A stretch of 64,000 bases of DNA from Squalus acanthias (Eukaryota). This document shows positions 12,630-25,480 of this stretch, piece by piece (positions within the stretch are counted from its first letter, which is position 1; each line of letters opens with the position of its first letter). The position numbers and the translations under genes are program-made. The DNA is taken from the NCBI GenBank assembly GCA_030390025.1, contig CM059447.1, positions 48,794,001 through 48,858,000 on the forward strand, read 5' to 3'. The notes beneath the pieces were generated by a model. That model was given only the letters and a program-made list of their open reading frames with translations, made no database searches and had not been told where the DNA came from.

Positions 12630-15600
12630 CACTTAGCCCATCGCTCTAGTCTAACACTCCCATCGAACCCCTCCCTCGAGTCCCCCAACTCTCCCATCAT
12701 AGCCCATCCCTCTAGTCCCCTAACACTCCCATCAAAGCCCATCCCTCTAGTCCCCTAACACTCCCATCAAAGCCCATCCCTCTAGTCCCCTAACTCTCCC
12801 ATCATAGCCCATCCCTCTAGTCCCCTAACTCTATCGAACCCCTCCCTCTAGTCCCCTAACACTCCCATCGAAGCCCATCCCTCTAGTACCCTAACTCTCC
12901 CATCAACACCCATCCCTCTAGTCCCCTAACTCTCCTATCGAACCCCTCCCTCTAGTCCCCTAACTCTCCCATCGAACCCCTCCCTCTAGTCCCCTAACAC
13001 TCCCATCAAAGCCCATCCCTCTCGTCCCCTAACTCTCCCATCATAGACCGTCCCCTCACTCTCCCAACGTAGCCCATCCCTCTAGACCCCTAACTCTCCC
13101 ATCATAGTCCATCCCTCTAGACCCCTCTCTCCCATCAAAGCCCATCCCTCTAGACCCCTCTCTCCCATCGAAGCCCATCCCTCTAGTCCCCTAACTCGCT
13201 CATCATAGTCCATCCCTCTAGACCCCTACCTCTCCCATCATAACCCGTCCCCTCACTCTCCCAACGTAGCCCATCCCTCTAGTCCCCTAACTCTCCCATC
13301 ATAGCCCATCCCTCTAGTCTTCTAACTCTCCCATCATAGCCCATCCCTCTAGTCCCCTCACTCTCCCAACGTAGCCCATCCCTCTAGTCCCCTAACTCTC
13401 CCATCATAGCCAATCCCTCCAGTCTCCTAACTCGCCCATCATAGTCCATCCCTCAAGAGCCCGAACTCTCCCATCGAACCCCTCCCTCTAGACCCCTAAC
13501 TCTCCCATCATAGTCCATCCCTCTAGTCCCCTAACTCTCCCATCGAACCCCTCCCTCTACACCCCTAACTCTCCCATCATAGCCCATCCCTCTAGTCCCC
13601 TAACTCGCCCATCATAGTCCATCCCTCTAGATCCCTAACTCTCCCATCGAATCCCTCCCTCTAGACCCCTAACTCTCCCATCATAGTCCATCCCTCTAGT
13701 CCCATTACTCTTCCATCGAACCCCTCCCTCTAGACCCCTAACTCTCCCATCATAGCCCATCCCTCTAGTCCCCTAACTCTCCCATCATAGCCAATCCCTC
13801 TAGTCCCCTAACTCGCCCATCATAGTCCATCCCTCAAGAGCCCTAACTCTCCCATCGAACCCCTCCCTCTAGACCCCTAACTCTCCCATCATAGTCCATC
13901 CCTCTAGTCCCCTAACTCTCCCATCGAACCCCTCCCTCTAGACCCCTAACTCTCCCATCATAGTCCATCCCTCTAGTCCCCTAACTCTCCCATCGAACCC
14001 CTCCCTCTAGACCCCTAACTCTCCCATCATAGCCCATCCCTCTAGTCCCCTAACTCGCCCATCATAGTCCATCCCTCTAGATCCCTAACTCTCCTATCGA
14101 ATCCCTCCCTCTAGACCCCTCTCTCCCATCGAAGCCCATCCCTCTAGTCCCCTAACTCTCCCATCAACGCCCATCCCTCTAGACCCAACTCTCCCATCAT
14201 AGCCCATCCCTCTAGACCCCTAACTCTCCCATCATAGTCCATCCCTCTAGTCCCCTAACTCTCCCATCAACGCCCATCCCTCTAGACCCCTAACTCTCCC
14301 ATCAGTCATTCCCTCTAGTCCCCTCACTCTCCCAACGTAGCCCATCCCTCTAGTCCCCTAACTCTCCCATCATAGCCCATCCCTCTAGTCCCCTAACTCA
14401 CCCATCATAGTCCATCCCTCAAGAGCCCTAACTCTCCCATCGAACCCCTCCCTCTAGTCCCCTAACTCTCCCATCATAGCCCATCGCTCTAGTCTACTAA
14501 CTCTCCCATCGAAGCCCATCCCTCTAGTCCCCTAACTCACCCATCATAGCCTATCCCTCTAGTCTACTAACTCTCCCATCATAGCCCATCCCTCTAGTCC
14601 CCTAACTCTCCCATCGAAGCCCATACCTCTAGTCTACTAACTCTCCCATCATAGCCCATCCCTCTCGTCCCCTAACTCTCCCATCGAACCCCTCCCTCTA
14701 GACCCCTAACTCTCCCATCATAGCCCATCGCTCTAGTCTACTAACTCTCCCATTGAAGCCCATCCCTCTAGTCCCCTAACTAGCCCATCCCTCTAGTCTA
14801 CTAACTCTCCCATCGAAGCCCATCCCTCTAGTCCCCTAACTCACCCATCATAGCCCATCCCTCTAGTCTACTAACTCTTCCATCATAGCCCATCCCTCTA
14901 GACCCCTAACTCTCCCATCATAGTCCATCCCTCTAGACCCCTAACTCTCCCATCATAGTCCATCCCTCTAGTCCCCTAACTCTTCCATCATAGCCCATCC
15001 CTCTAGACCCCTAACTCTCCCATCAGTCATTCCCTCTAGTCCCCTCACTCTCCCAACGTAGCCCATCCCTCTAGTCCCCTAACTCTCCCATCATAGCCCA
15101 TCCCTCTAGTCCCCTAACTCACCCATCATAGTCCATCCCTCAAGAGCCCTAACTCTCCCATCGAACCCCTCCCTCTAGTCCCCTAACTCTCCCATCATAG
15201 CCCATCGCTCTAGTCTACTAACTCTCCCATCGAAGCCCATCCCTCTAGTCCCCTAACTCACCCATCATAGCCTATCCCTCTAGTCTACAAACTCTCCCAT
15301 CATAGCCCATCCCTCTAGTCCCCTAACTCTCCCATCGAAGCCCATCCCTCTAGTCTACTAACTCTCCCATCATAGCCCATCCCTCTCGTCCCCTAACTCT
15401 CCCATCGAACCCCTCCCTCTAGACCCCTAACTCTCCCATCATAGCCCATCGCTCTAGTCTACTAACTCTCCCATTGAAGCCCATCCCTCTAGTCCCCTAA
15501 CTAGCCCATCCCTCTAGTCTACTAACTCTCCCATCGAAGCCCATCCCTCTAGTCCCCTAACTCACCCATCATAGCCCATCCCTCTAGTCTACTAACTCTT

Positions 15601-16878
15601 CCATCATAGCCCATCCCTCTAGACCCCTAACTCTCCCATCATAGTCCATCCCTCTAGACCCCTAACTCTCCCATCATAGTCCATCCCTCTAGTCCCCTAA
15701 CTCTTCCATCATAGCCCATCCCTCTAGACCCCTAACTCTCCCATCATAGCCCATCCCTCTAGACCCCTAACTCTCCCATCATAGTCCATCCCTCTAGTCT
15801 ACTAACTCTCCCATCATAGCCCATCCCTCTAGACCCCTAACTCTTCCATCATAGCCCATCTCTCTAGTCCCCTAACTCTCCCATCATAGTCCATCCCTCT
15901 AGTCCTCTAACTGTCCCATCGAAGCCCATCCCTCTAGTCCCCTAACTCTCCCATCATTGTCCATACCTCTAGTCCCCTAACTCTCCCATCGAAGCCCATC
16001 CCTCTAGTCCCCTAACTCTCCCATCAACGCCCATCCCTCTAGTCCCCTAACTCTCCCATCGAAGCTCATCTCTCTAGTCCCCTAACTCTCCCAACAAAGC
16101 CCATCCCTCTAGTCGCTTAACCCTCCCATCAACGCCCATCCCTCTAGTCCCTTAACTCTCCCATCGAAGCTCATCTCTCTAGTCCCCTAACTCTCCCATC
16201 GAAGCTCATCCCTCTAGTCCCCTAACTCTCCCATCGAAGCCCATCCCTCTAGTCCCCTAACTCTCCCATCGAAGCCCATCCCTCTAGTCCCCTAACTCTC
16301 CCATTGAAGCTCATCTCTCTAGTCCCCTAACTCTCCCATCAAAGCCCATCCCTCTAGTCCCCTAACTCTCCCATCGAAGCCCATCCCTCTAGTCCCCTAA
16401 CTCTCCCATCATAGCCCATCCCTCTAGTCGCAACTCACCCATCAAATCCCATCGCTCTAGTCCCCTAACTCTCCCATCGATGCCCATCCCTCTAGTCCCC
16501 TAACTCTCCCATCATAGCCCATCGCTCTAGTCCCCTAACTCTCCCATCGATGCCCATCCCTCTAGTCCCCTAACTCTCCCATCATAGCCCATCGCTCTAG
16601 TCCCCTAACTCTCCCATCGATGCCCATCCCTCTAGTCCCCTAACTCTCCCATCATAGCCCATCGCTCTAGTCCCCTAACTCTCCCATCAAAGCCCATCCC
16701 TCTAGTCCCCTCACTCTCCCATCAACACCCATCCCTCTAGTCCCCTAACTCACCCATCAAAGCCCATCCCTCTCGTCCCCTAACTCTCGCATCGAAGCCC
16801 ATCCCTCTAGTCCCCTAACTCAGCCATCAAAGCCCAGACCTCTAGCCCCTCACTCTCCCATCGAAGTCCATCCCTCTA
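12630..16878. repeat. ~4.2-kb 35-bp C-rich minisatellite (CTCTAGTCCCCTAACTCTCCCATCATAGCCCATCC), ~120 copies, with higher-order duplication
   Basis: Direct periodicity; diagnostic variant ATCAGTCATT recurs at 14301 and 15022 (721-bp block duplication). Confidence 0.95.
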
Positions 16879-17229
16879 TAAAAATTGGGGGGGGGCGGGT
16901 TGGAGTGAATTTCAACGGGTGACAGAATGTGGAAACAGTTACCAGGGAAGAGTTAACTGTTATAAATGGGGTCAAGAGGCAACTAGAGGCGATTCTGGAA
17001 AGAGATAGTTTGGCTGAGGGATATATCGTGAGGAGGGTCTGGGGAATACGGTGGAGAATTCGGGTGTGGCAGTAGGTTTCGGGGGGGGGGGGGGGGGGGT
17101 CAGAGTCGGTTTTTTGCTGGGGTCAGGGCTGTTTTTTGAGGGTCAGGTCTGATTTTTGTATTTTTGGTGTTGGGGCTGGTTTTTTTGAGGTGTCGGGGTT
17201 GTTTTTTTTTAATGGGGATCAAGGCGGGT

Positions 17230-18165
17230 TTTTTGGGGGGTCGGGCTGGTATTTTTGGGGGTCGGGCTGGTTTTGGGGTATTTTTGGGGGTGGGGGCTGG
17301 TTTTGGGGTATTTTTGGGGGTCGGGCTGGTTTTGGGGTATTTTTGGGGGTGGGGGCTGGTTTTGGGGTATTTTTGGGGGTCGGGCTGGTTTTGGGGTATT
17401 TTTGGGGGTGGGGGCTGGTTTTGGGGTATTTTTGGGGGTGGGGGCTGGTTTTGGGGTATTTTTGGGGGTCGGGCTGGTTTTGGGGTATTTTTGGGGGTCG
17501 GGGTTGGTTTGGGGTATTTTTGGGGGTCGGGGCTGGTTTTGGGGTATTTTTGGGGGTGGGGGCTGGTTTTGGGGTATTTTTGGGGGTCGGGGTTGGTTTG
17601 GGGTATTTTTGGGGGTCGGGGCTGGTTTTGGGGTATTTTTGGGGGTCGGGGTTGGTTTGGGGTATTTTTGGGGGTCGGGGCTGGTTTTGGGGTATTTTTG
17701 GGGGTCGGGGTTGGTTTGGGGTATTTTTGGGGGTCGGGGCTGGTTTTGGGGTATTTTTGGGGGTCGGGGTTGGTTTGGGGTATTTTTGGGGGTCGGGGCT
17801 GGTTTTGGGGTATTTTTGGGGGTCGGGGTTGGTTTGGGGTATTTTTGGGGGTCGGGGCTGGTTTTGGGGTATTTTTGGGGGTCGGGGTTGGTTTGGGGTA
17901 TTTTTGGGGGTCGGGGCTGGTTTTGGGGTATTTTTGGGGGTCGGGGTTGGTTTGGGGTATTTTTGGGGGTCGGGGCTGGTTTTGGGGTATTTTTGGGGGT
18001 CGGGGTTGGTTTGGGGTATTTTTGGGGGTCGGGGCTGGTTTTGGGGTATTTTTGGGGGTCGGGGTTGGTTTGGGGTATTTTGGGGGGTCGGGGCTGGTTT
18101 TGGGGTATTTTTGGGGGTCGGGGCTGGTTTGGGGTATTTTTGGTGGGGGGGGTTGGGGCTGGTTT
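17230..18165. repeat. 30/31-bp G/T-rich minisatellite (GGGGTATTTTTGGGGGTCGGGGCTGGTTTT), ~30 copies
   Basis: Direct periodicity; accounts for the spurious N-terminal 360 aa of ORF 17136..19910. Confidence 0.95.
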
Positions 18166-18215
18166 TCCTCACTGACCCGCCGCTTCTCTCTTTCTCTTTA
18201 CAGGCCGGCCGGAGG

Positions 18216-19921
18216 ATGTCTCCCGGAGCCGCCCCTCACCTCCTCCTCCTCCTGCTGCTGATCCCGGGCCCGGGGCTCGGCTGCCCGGCCGTGTGCAAGT
18301 GTTGGCCGCGGGAGCGGTCGGTGAGCTGCTCCGGCCGGCGGCTGACGGCGGCCCCCCGGGGGATCCCCGCCGGGACCCAGGCGCTGGACCTCAGCCGCAA
18401 CCGCCTGCGCTTCCTGGCGCCGGGGGAGGGCGGGGACGAGGGGCCGCTGGCCGCATTGCCGGGGGGCCTGGCCGCCCTGGACCTCCGCCACAACCCGCTG
18501 CTGCTGCTGGCGGACGGCGGCCTGGCCGTCCCCAGCCTGGCCGGCCTGCAGCGCCTGGCGCTCGGCGGCCCGGAGCTGGCCTACATCGGGCCGCAGGCTT
18601 TCGCCGGGCTGGGCGGCCTGCAGCAGCTGACGCTGGAGGGGGGCTCGGTCAGCAGCCTGCCGGCCCAGGCCCTCTCAGCGCTGGGCAACCTGACGGTGCT
18701 GCGGCTCCGCCGGCTGCCCCAGGTCGGGGCCGTGCCCGGGGGCTCGCTGCGGGACTTGCGGCAGCTGCGGGCGCTGGAGCTGGACGGCCTGAGCTCGCTG
18801 GGGGAGCTAGGCCCGGACAGCCTCCTGGGCCTCAATTTGGTCTGGCTGTCGGTGACGCGCTGCAACCTGCGCGCCGTGCCGCACGCCAGCCTGCGGTCTC
18901 AGGCCTACCTGCGCTTCCTCAACCTCTCGCACAACCCGATCGGCGCCATCGGCGGCGGACAGCTGCAGCACGTGACGCGGCTGCGGGAGCTGCGATTGGT
19001 GGGCGCCGCGCTGGTCACCGTGGCGACCGCCGCCTTCCGCGGCCTGGTTGGCCTGCAGCTGCTGGACGTCTCGGCCAATCGGCTGTCGAGTTTGGAGGAG
19101 GCGGCTTTCCGCTCGGCCGCCTCGCTGCAGGCGCTGGGTTTGGGCGCCAACCCGCTGGCCTGCGACTGCCGCCTGCTCTGGCTGGTCCGGCGGGCCCGCC
19201 GCCTGCGCTGGCTGGGCTCGCCGCCGCCGGCCTGCGCCTCGCCCGAGCGGCTGCGCGGCCGGCGGCTGACAGACCCCCAGCTGCCCCGCTCGGCCTTCAG
19301 CTGCCGCCCGCCGAAGATCCGCCACAAGGACGACGAAAGCCGGCGGCGGGTGCGGGCCGGCGAGGGCCAGACGGCCATTTTGCGCTGCGCCGCCGACGGA
19401 CGGCCGCCGCCCGCCATTTTGTGGCTCAACCCCCGGCGCCAGCCGCTGGCGGGCGTCGTCAATCCCGGCCTCCCCACAGCCGCCTCCGGGCCCGGCGTCG
19501 GCCGCAGCCGCCTGCTGCCTGACGGCGGCCTGCAGATCGGGCCGGTGCTGCGGGCCGACGCCGGCACCTACCGCTGCGTGGCCCGCAACGCCGGCGGCAA
19601 CGACACGGCCTGGGCCGAGCTGGAGGTGCGGCCGCTGACGCCCGAGGAGCGGCTGGGCCTGCTGGGTCAGCGGCAGGCGACCGCCGCCCTGCGCCTGGGC
19701 TCGCCGCTGGAGCCGCGGACGGTGGTGACGGCCGCGTCGCTGGGCCTGGCCTCCTTCCTGGGCGTGGTGACCCTCTGCTTCTCGCTGCTGTTCGCCTGGA
19801 GCCGCGTCCGCGGGCCCATCCGGCACAACACCCACATCGACTTCGTGCCGCACGCCGGCGGGGGAGGGGGGGAGGAGGAGGAGATGGAGGGGACGCCAAG
19901 TTCAACATGAAGATGGTCTGA
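18216..19921 (+). CDS. LINGO-family LRR-Ig transmembrane protein, main coding exon (likely LINGO4-like); apparent 1-nt frameshift in G run 19866-19872 near the C-terminus
   Basis: Acceptor TTTACAG| at 18203; signal peptide, LRRNT CPAVCKC, LRRs, LRRCT NPLACDCRLLW, Ig domain (C.ADG.PPPAILW..GTY.C.A.NAGGND), TM LASFLGVVTLCFSLLFAWSR; LINGO terminal motif KFNMKMV* lies in a shifted frame (stop 19919-19921). Confidence 0.9.
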
Positions 19922-19959
19922 GGGGAGGCTCAGGCTCCCCGGGGAAGGGGAGGCTTCTT

Positions 19960-20760
19960 CTCCACCGCAACTCGCCATGGCTTCTTCGACAGCGCCTCCC
20001 AAACCCGTCGCCTCTCCCACCTAGAAGGACAAGGGCAGCAGGCGCCTGGGAATACCACCACCTCCGAGTCTCTCACACACCATCCCGACTTGGAAATACA
20101 TCGGGCCGTTCCTTCGTCGTCGCCGGGTCAAAATCCTGCACCCCTGCCCCTCCGCCGCCTGGCCCCGCCTGCCTTTGCCCCGTATCCTAGCGTTGATCCC
20201 CCTAAAGGCTGATACGGGATCTGTCTGCACGTCGCCGTCTATCTACAAGGCACAAGTCAGGAGTGTGATGGAATACTCGCCGCTTGCCTGGATGAGTTGC
20301 AGCTCCGACAACCCTCGAGAAGCTCGACACCATCCCGCTTGCTCAGCCCCCCCCCTGTCCGCCACCTTAAACATCCACTCCCTCCACCACCGGCGCACCG
20401 TGGCAGCAGTGTGTACAGTCTACAAGATGCACTGCAGCAACTCGCCAAGGCTTCTTCGGCAGCACCTCCCAAACCCGCGAACTCCACCACTTAGAAGGAC
20501 GAGGGCAGCAGGCGCATGGGAACACCACCACCTCCGAGTTCCCCTCCGAGTCTCTCTCACGCCATCCCGACTTGGAAGTATATCACCGTTCCTTCATCGT
20601 CGCTGGGTCAAAATCCTGGAACTCCCTCCCTAACAGCACTGTGGGAGCACCTTCACCACATGGGACTGCAGCAGTTCAAGAAGGCGGCTCACCACCACCT
20701 TCTCAAGAGCAACTAGGCAATAAATGCCGGCCTTGCCAGTGACGCCCACATCCCAGGAAC
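19960..20760 (+). mobile_element. Two CR1-superfamily non-LTR 3' fragments directly after the LINGO stop
   Basis: IYKAQVRSVMEYSPLAW..LHHRRTVAAVCTVYKMHCSNSPRLL; same family as 6675-7112. Confidence 0.7.
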
Positions 20761-21134
20761 GCGTAATTAAAGAAAACAGGAGCAGGCCTTTCAGCCCCAA
20801 TGCCATTCAATCAGATCAGGGCTGATCTGCCACCTAACCCCAATTGCCTTTGCCCCAAGCGTTGGTCCCTTAAAGGCTGAGACGGGGAGAAATTATAATG
20901 GGGAACCAGGAAATGGCAGAGACTTTAAACAGTATAATATAAGATCATAAGCTTGAGTGTGAAGGAGGAAAAAAACAAAGGGTATTTTCTGTGCAACCTT
21001 TGTATTTGCCTTTGTATGATGGGTACAATTTTGAATCTGTCAAAGAATTCCTGATTGCAAGTAACAAACATTCCAATATTAGATTTCCACTATCGTGTTT
21101 TGACTTTCTTGCACTAATCCTGTTGCTAAGATAT

Positions 21135-22960
21135 ACTGAATATATTTAAGAAGGAGATAGATAGATTTCTAGACACAAAAGGCATCAAGGGGTATGGAGA
21201 GCAGGAATATGGTATTGAGATAGAGGATCAGCCATGATATTGAATGGCGGAGCAGGCTCGAATGGCCGAATCCTGCTCCTATTTTTCTATGTTTCTAAGA
21301 TAACACCAAGAGCTGTTCCAGGCTGTACGCAGCCTTACAGAGTGCATGGCTGAGAGTTCAAACTCCAGTCTCTGCTGCATGTAGGCTTGCATTGGATTGT
21401 CTGCCACTCTGAACATTTGAAGAAGGAAGGAAAGAACCTACAAAAGCCTCATTGCATATAAATGTTCCATCTGGTGGAAGACTTTAAGGAATGTTGGGAA
21501 ATCTTCAGCTGAGGTCTTTATCACTCCTCCCCCACTACCACCACATGAACAAAAAAATATAAAGCAATAAGAAGCTAGGATTTTGGGAAAAAAGGTTGGG
21601 AAATAAAATCTAATATTTAAAATTGTCCATATGAATAGTCCAACATTTTTTAATTTCAAAATACCATTTAAGAACATAAGAATTAGGAGCAGGAGTCGGC
21701 CACACAGCCCCTCGAGCCTGCTCCGCCATTCAATAAGATCATGGCTGATCTGATCTTGGCCTCAACTCCACTTTCCTGCCTGTTCCCCCATAATCTTTGA
21801 CTCCCCTGTAGCTCAAATATGTGTCTATCTCCGGCTTGAATATATTCAATGACTCAGCCTCCACAGCTTTCTGGAGTAGAGAATTCCAAAGATTCATGAC
21901 CCTCAGAGAAGAAATTCCTCCTCATCTCCATTTTAAATGGGTGACCCCCTTATCCTGAAACTCTGCCCTCTCTACTTCTAGATTCTCCCACGAGGGGAAA
22001 CATCCTCTCAACATCTACCCTGTCGAGCCCCCTCAGAATCTTATGTTTCAATAAGATCACCTCTCATTCTTCTAAACTCCAATGAGTATAGGCTCAACCT
22101 TTCCTTATAAGACAACCCCTTCAACTCAGGAATCAACCTAGTGAATATTTTGTATCTGTCTTCACCGTAGAAAAGACAAAAAAGTATAGCAGAAATAGTA
22201 GGGAACCAAGGGGCTAATGAGAGCAAGGAACAAATGTTGGTGTTCAGAGAGATTTGGGTGTCCTCCTGCAAGAAACACAGCATGCAAGTACAGCAAGCAA
22301 TAAGGAAGGCAAATGGCATGTTGATCTTTATTGATAGAGGGTTGGAGTATAAGAGTAAGGAAGTCTTGCTACAATTGTACAGGGCCTTGGTGAGACCACA
22401 CCTGGAGTACTGTGCACAGATTTGGTCTCCTTATTTAAGGAAGGATGTACTTGCCTTGGAGGCGGTGCAACGAAGGTTCACGAGATTGATTCCTGGGATG
22501 AGAGGGCTGTCCTATGATGAGAGATTGTGTAGAATGGGCCTATACTCTCTGGAGTTTAGAAGAATGAGAGGTGATCTCATTGAAACATACAAGATTCTGA
22601 GGGGGTTTGACAGGGTAGATGCTGAGAGGCTGTTTCCCCCTGGCTGGAGAGTCTAGAACCAGGGGGCATAGTCTCAGGATAAGGGGGTCGGCCATTTAGG
22701 ACTGAGATGTGGAGGAATTTCTTCACTGAGGGTTGTGAATCTTTGGAATTCTCTGCCCTAGAGGGCCGAGAATGCTGAGTCTTTGAGTATATTCAAGGCT
22801 GAGATCGATAGATTTTTGGATATTAAGGGAATCAAGTGATATGGGGATCGGGCGGGAAAGTGGAGTTGAGGTCGAAGCTCAGCCATGATCTTATTGAATG
22901 GCGGAGCAGGCTCGAGGGGCTAAATGGCCGACTCCTGCTCCTATTTCTTACGTTCTTATT
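21135..22960. mobile_element. Cluster of CR1 3' fragments in both orientations (minus ~21675-22150, plus ~22150-22960)
   Basis: [37 protein letters not shown] on plus; inverted copy of the same 3' end on minus. Confidence 0.85.
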
Positions 22961-23743
22961 CTCACCATTCACTGGGCAAAGAAGTTTCTCCTGAATTCCC
23001 GATTGGATTTATTAGTGACCATCTTATATTTATTTATGGCCCCCTAGTTGTGGTCTCCCCCACATGCGGAAACATCAGCCGTATCAAACCTTTTGTGTAT
23101 GTGCAGTTTTTGTCATGAGATCCACACTGCAGTGCTGGGCTGGTGTAAGTTAGTGTAAAACCAAGAGTGAAGGAGATGGGGGGGTGGGGGGGACTTGATG
23201 TAACAGCCTTTTACCTGATATTAAAAAGCGAGACTGTTGTAAGGAAGTTAGGGAGGATCCAGGGAGCTAATCGCCCTGCGACCAAACTTAACCACTGTAA
23301 CGCAAGGTCTCCTGCAGCCTGTGTATTGTGTGTGTTCTCTGTATCATTTCCTACAATAAAATCTGTAAAACAAAGACTGCGTTTAAATCCTTAATTCCTG
23401 GCACAGGGGCAGCTGCTGGTGTCTCTCGCAGTATTAATCCATAATAATGTGTTTGTGTGTGGTAGAGCTCGCATGCCCACAGAAACGTGGGCTCCCTGCG
23501 AGTCGGCTGCCCTGGGATCTTGTCCAACTATTCTCCATGTGCGTGTGCCCTGAGGGCAGGACTCCCCAGCAATGACACCAGCAAACGTGGGAAGGCAATA
23601 AATCCGGGAGGTGCCCCACATGCTCCCTGCTCTCCCCTGCCACTTTCAGGAAGGGACAAAAGACACTGATATTACTGTGGCTCAGTGGGTACCACAGTCG
23701 CCTCTGAGTCAGAAGGTTCGAGTCACACTCCAGGGACTTGACC

Positions 23744-24175
23744 AACACGGTGGCATAGTGGTTAGCACTGGTGCCTCACAGCGCCAGAGACCCGGGTTCG
23801 AATCTGACCTCGGGTGACTGTCTGTGTGGAGTTTGCACATTCTCCCCGTGTCTGCGTGGGTTTCCTCCGGGTGCTCCGGTTTCCTCCCACAGTCCAAAAA
23901 TGTGTGGGTTAGGTTGATTTGGCTATGATAAATTGACCCTTAGTGTTAGGGGGGGATTAAATATGTGGGGTTATGGGGATAGGATGGGATATGTTAGGGG
24001 GAATTAAATACGTGGGGTTACGGGGGTAGGGTGGGATATGTGTACTGTGGGGATTAAAGCAGGGACAGGGTACTGGATTTGGATGATCAGCCATGATCGT
24101 ATTGAATGGCGGAGCAGGCTCGACGGGCCGAATGGCCTACTCCTGCTCCTAGATTCTATGTTTCTATGTTTCTAT
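23744..24175 (+). mobile_element. HE1-type V-SINE nested in a SacSINE1-like SINE (host ~23676-24303)
   Basis: Near-identical inverted copy of 10332-10771; host head GTGGCTCAGTGG..GAGTCAGAAGGTTCGAGTC upstream, host body resumes after the tail. Confidence 0.85.
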
Positions 24176-24302
24176 AAAGCTAGGGTGACACTCCAGTGCA
24201 GTGCTGAGGGAGCGCCACACTGTCAGAAGGGCAGTACTGAGGGAGCGCCGCACTGTCGGAGCGGCGGTACTGAGGGAACGCCGCACTGTCGGAGGGGCAG
24301 GA

Positions 24303-25130
24303 CTGAGATACTGGGAGAGGATGAGTAAGAGACAGTGCGATGGGTTTGGATTTCAACACAGCGGGGTAGCGTGTGTAGGACGGGGGATTGGGGACATGGC
24401 AGGAGAGTTGGGTGAGCACATTCTCCAGCTCCTCAGTGTACCAGATACTTTCTCACACCGGGAGAGATCCTTGTCCTGTTCCTTACTCCCATTGGAGAGG
24501 TTGAATCGGGATTCATTCTACGATAAAAACAGGAACACCGACAGACATATCCTGTTTATAGGAGATCAGTTGGGAGTATAATCCCCTCCTTCCCTCATCT
24601 TCACTATCACAGGATGTACTTTATCCGAGGGATTAACTTGGTTCTGTCCATTTCTAAATCCCTCTTCGCCCTCCAGCTCCTACCAGAGTGACCAACACTC
24701 TTTATCTATTCCATTTATCTTTCTGTCACAATCCGTGAAGGGGTCATATTCACAAGACCTTCGGTGTAACGTGACTGGGTCCCCTGATGGTCTAAAGATC
24801 ATTGTCTCGCTACCTTAGACCGTACACTGAGCAACATTTCAGCTACAAGCTACTGGAGACAGAATGTGGGCTCTGAGTGTCCAGGGGTCGCTACCCCTCC
24901 CCATTTCTCTCCCCCCACCCCACCCCAATCTCTTCCCTCCACCCCATTCCTCATTTTTCTCTTCCTCTCATCTTTCTTTCCCTTTCACTCTATCCCTCTT
25001 TCTCAGTGTCAGCTGGTAGCACCCTCACCTCTGGGTTCGAGTCCCACTCCAGAGACTTGAGCAAAAAAATCTAGGCTGACACACCCAGTGCCTGTACTGA
25101 GGGAGCGCCGCACTGTCGGAGGGGCAGGAC
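24303..25130. repeat. Local ~830-bp duplication, copy A (copy B at ~27547-28405)
   Basis: GAGATACTGGGAGAGGATGAG...CTACTGGAGACAGAATGTGGGCTCTGAGTGTCCAGGGGTC shared, with small indels. Confidence 0.9.
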
Positions 25131-25480
25131 TGAGGGAGTGCTGCACTGTCGGAGGTGCCATCCTTCGGATGAGACATTAAACCAAGGCCCCATCTGCCCT
25201 CTCAGGTGGACGTAAAAGATCCCATTCCACTATTTCGAAGAAGAGCAGGTGAGTTATCCCCGGTGTCCTGGCCAATATTTATCCCTCAAGCAACTTGACA
25301 AAAACAGATGATCTGGTCATTATCACATTGCTGTTTGTGGGAGCTTGCTGTGCGCAAATTGGCTGCTGCGTTTCCCACATTACAACAGTGACTACACTTC
25401 AAAAAAGTACTTCATTGGCTGTAAAGCGCTTTGGGATGACTGGTGGTCGTGAAAGGCGCTCTAGAAATCCAAGTCTTTCT
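25010..25480 (+). mobile_element. SacSINE1-like SINE with only ~2 copies of the 33-bp unit
   Basis: Head GGTTCGAGTCCCACTCCAGAGAC, Deu core, tail GAAAGGCGCTCTAGAAATCCAAGTCTTTCTTT. Confidence 0.75.

Noticed and set aside
17136-18215. N-terminal 360 aa of the 924-aa ORF (GWFWGIFGG repeats)
   Set aside because: Stop-free translation of an intronic G/T minisatellite, open in all three plus frames; the real exon starts after the acceptor at 18203
18198-20020. Long alternative-frame and antisense ORFs over LINGO
   Set aside because: Expected by-product of extreme GC content, where stop codons are rare
23744-23815. tRNA gene
   Set aside because: tRNA-derived head of an HE1 SINE, followed by the V-domain and LINE tail
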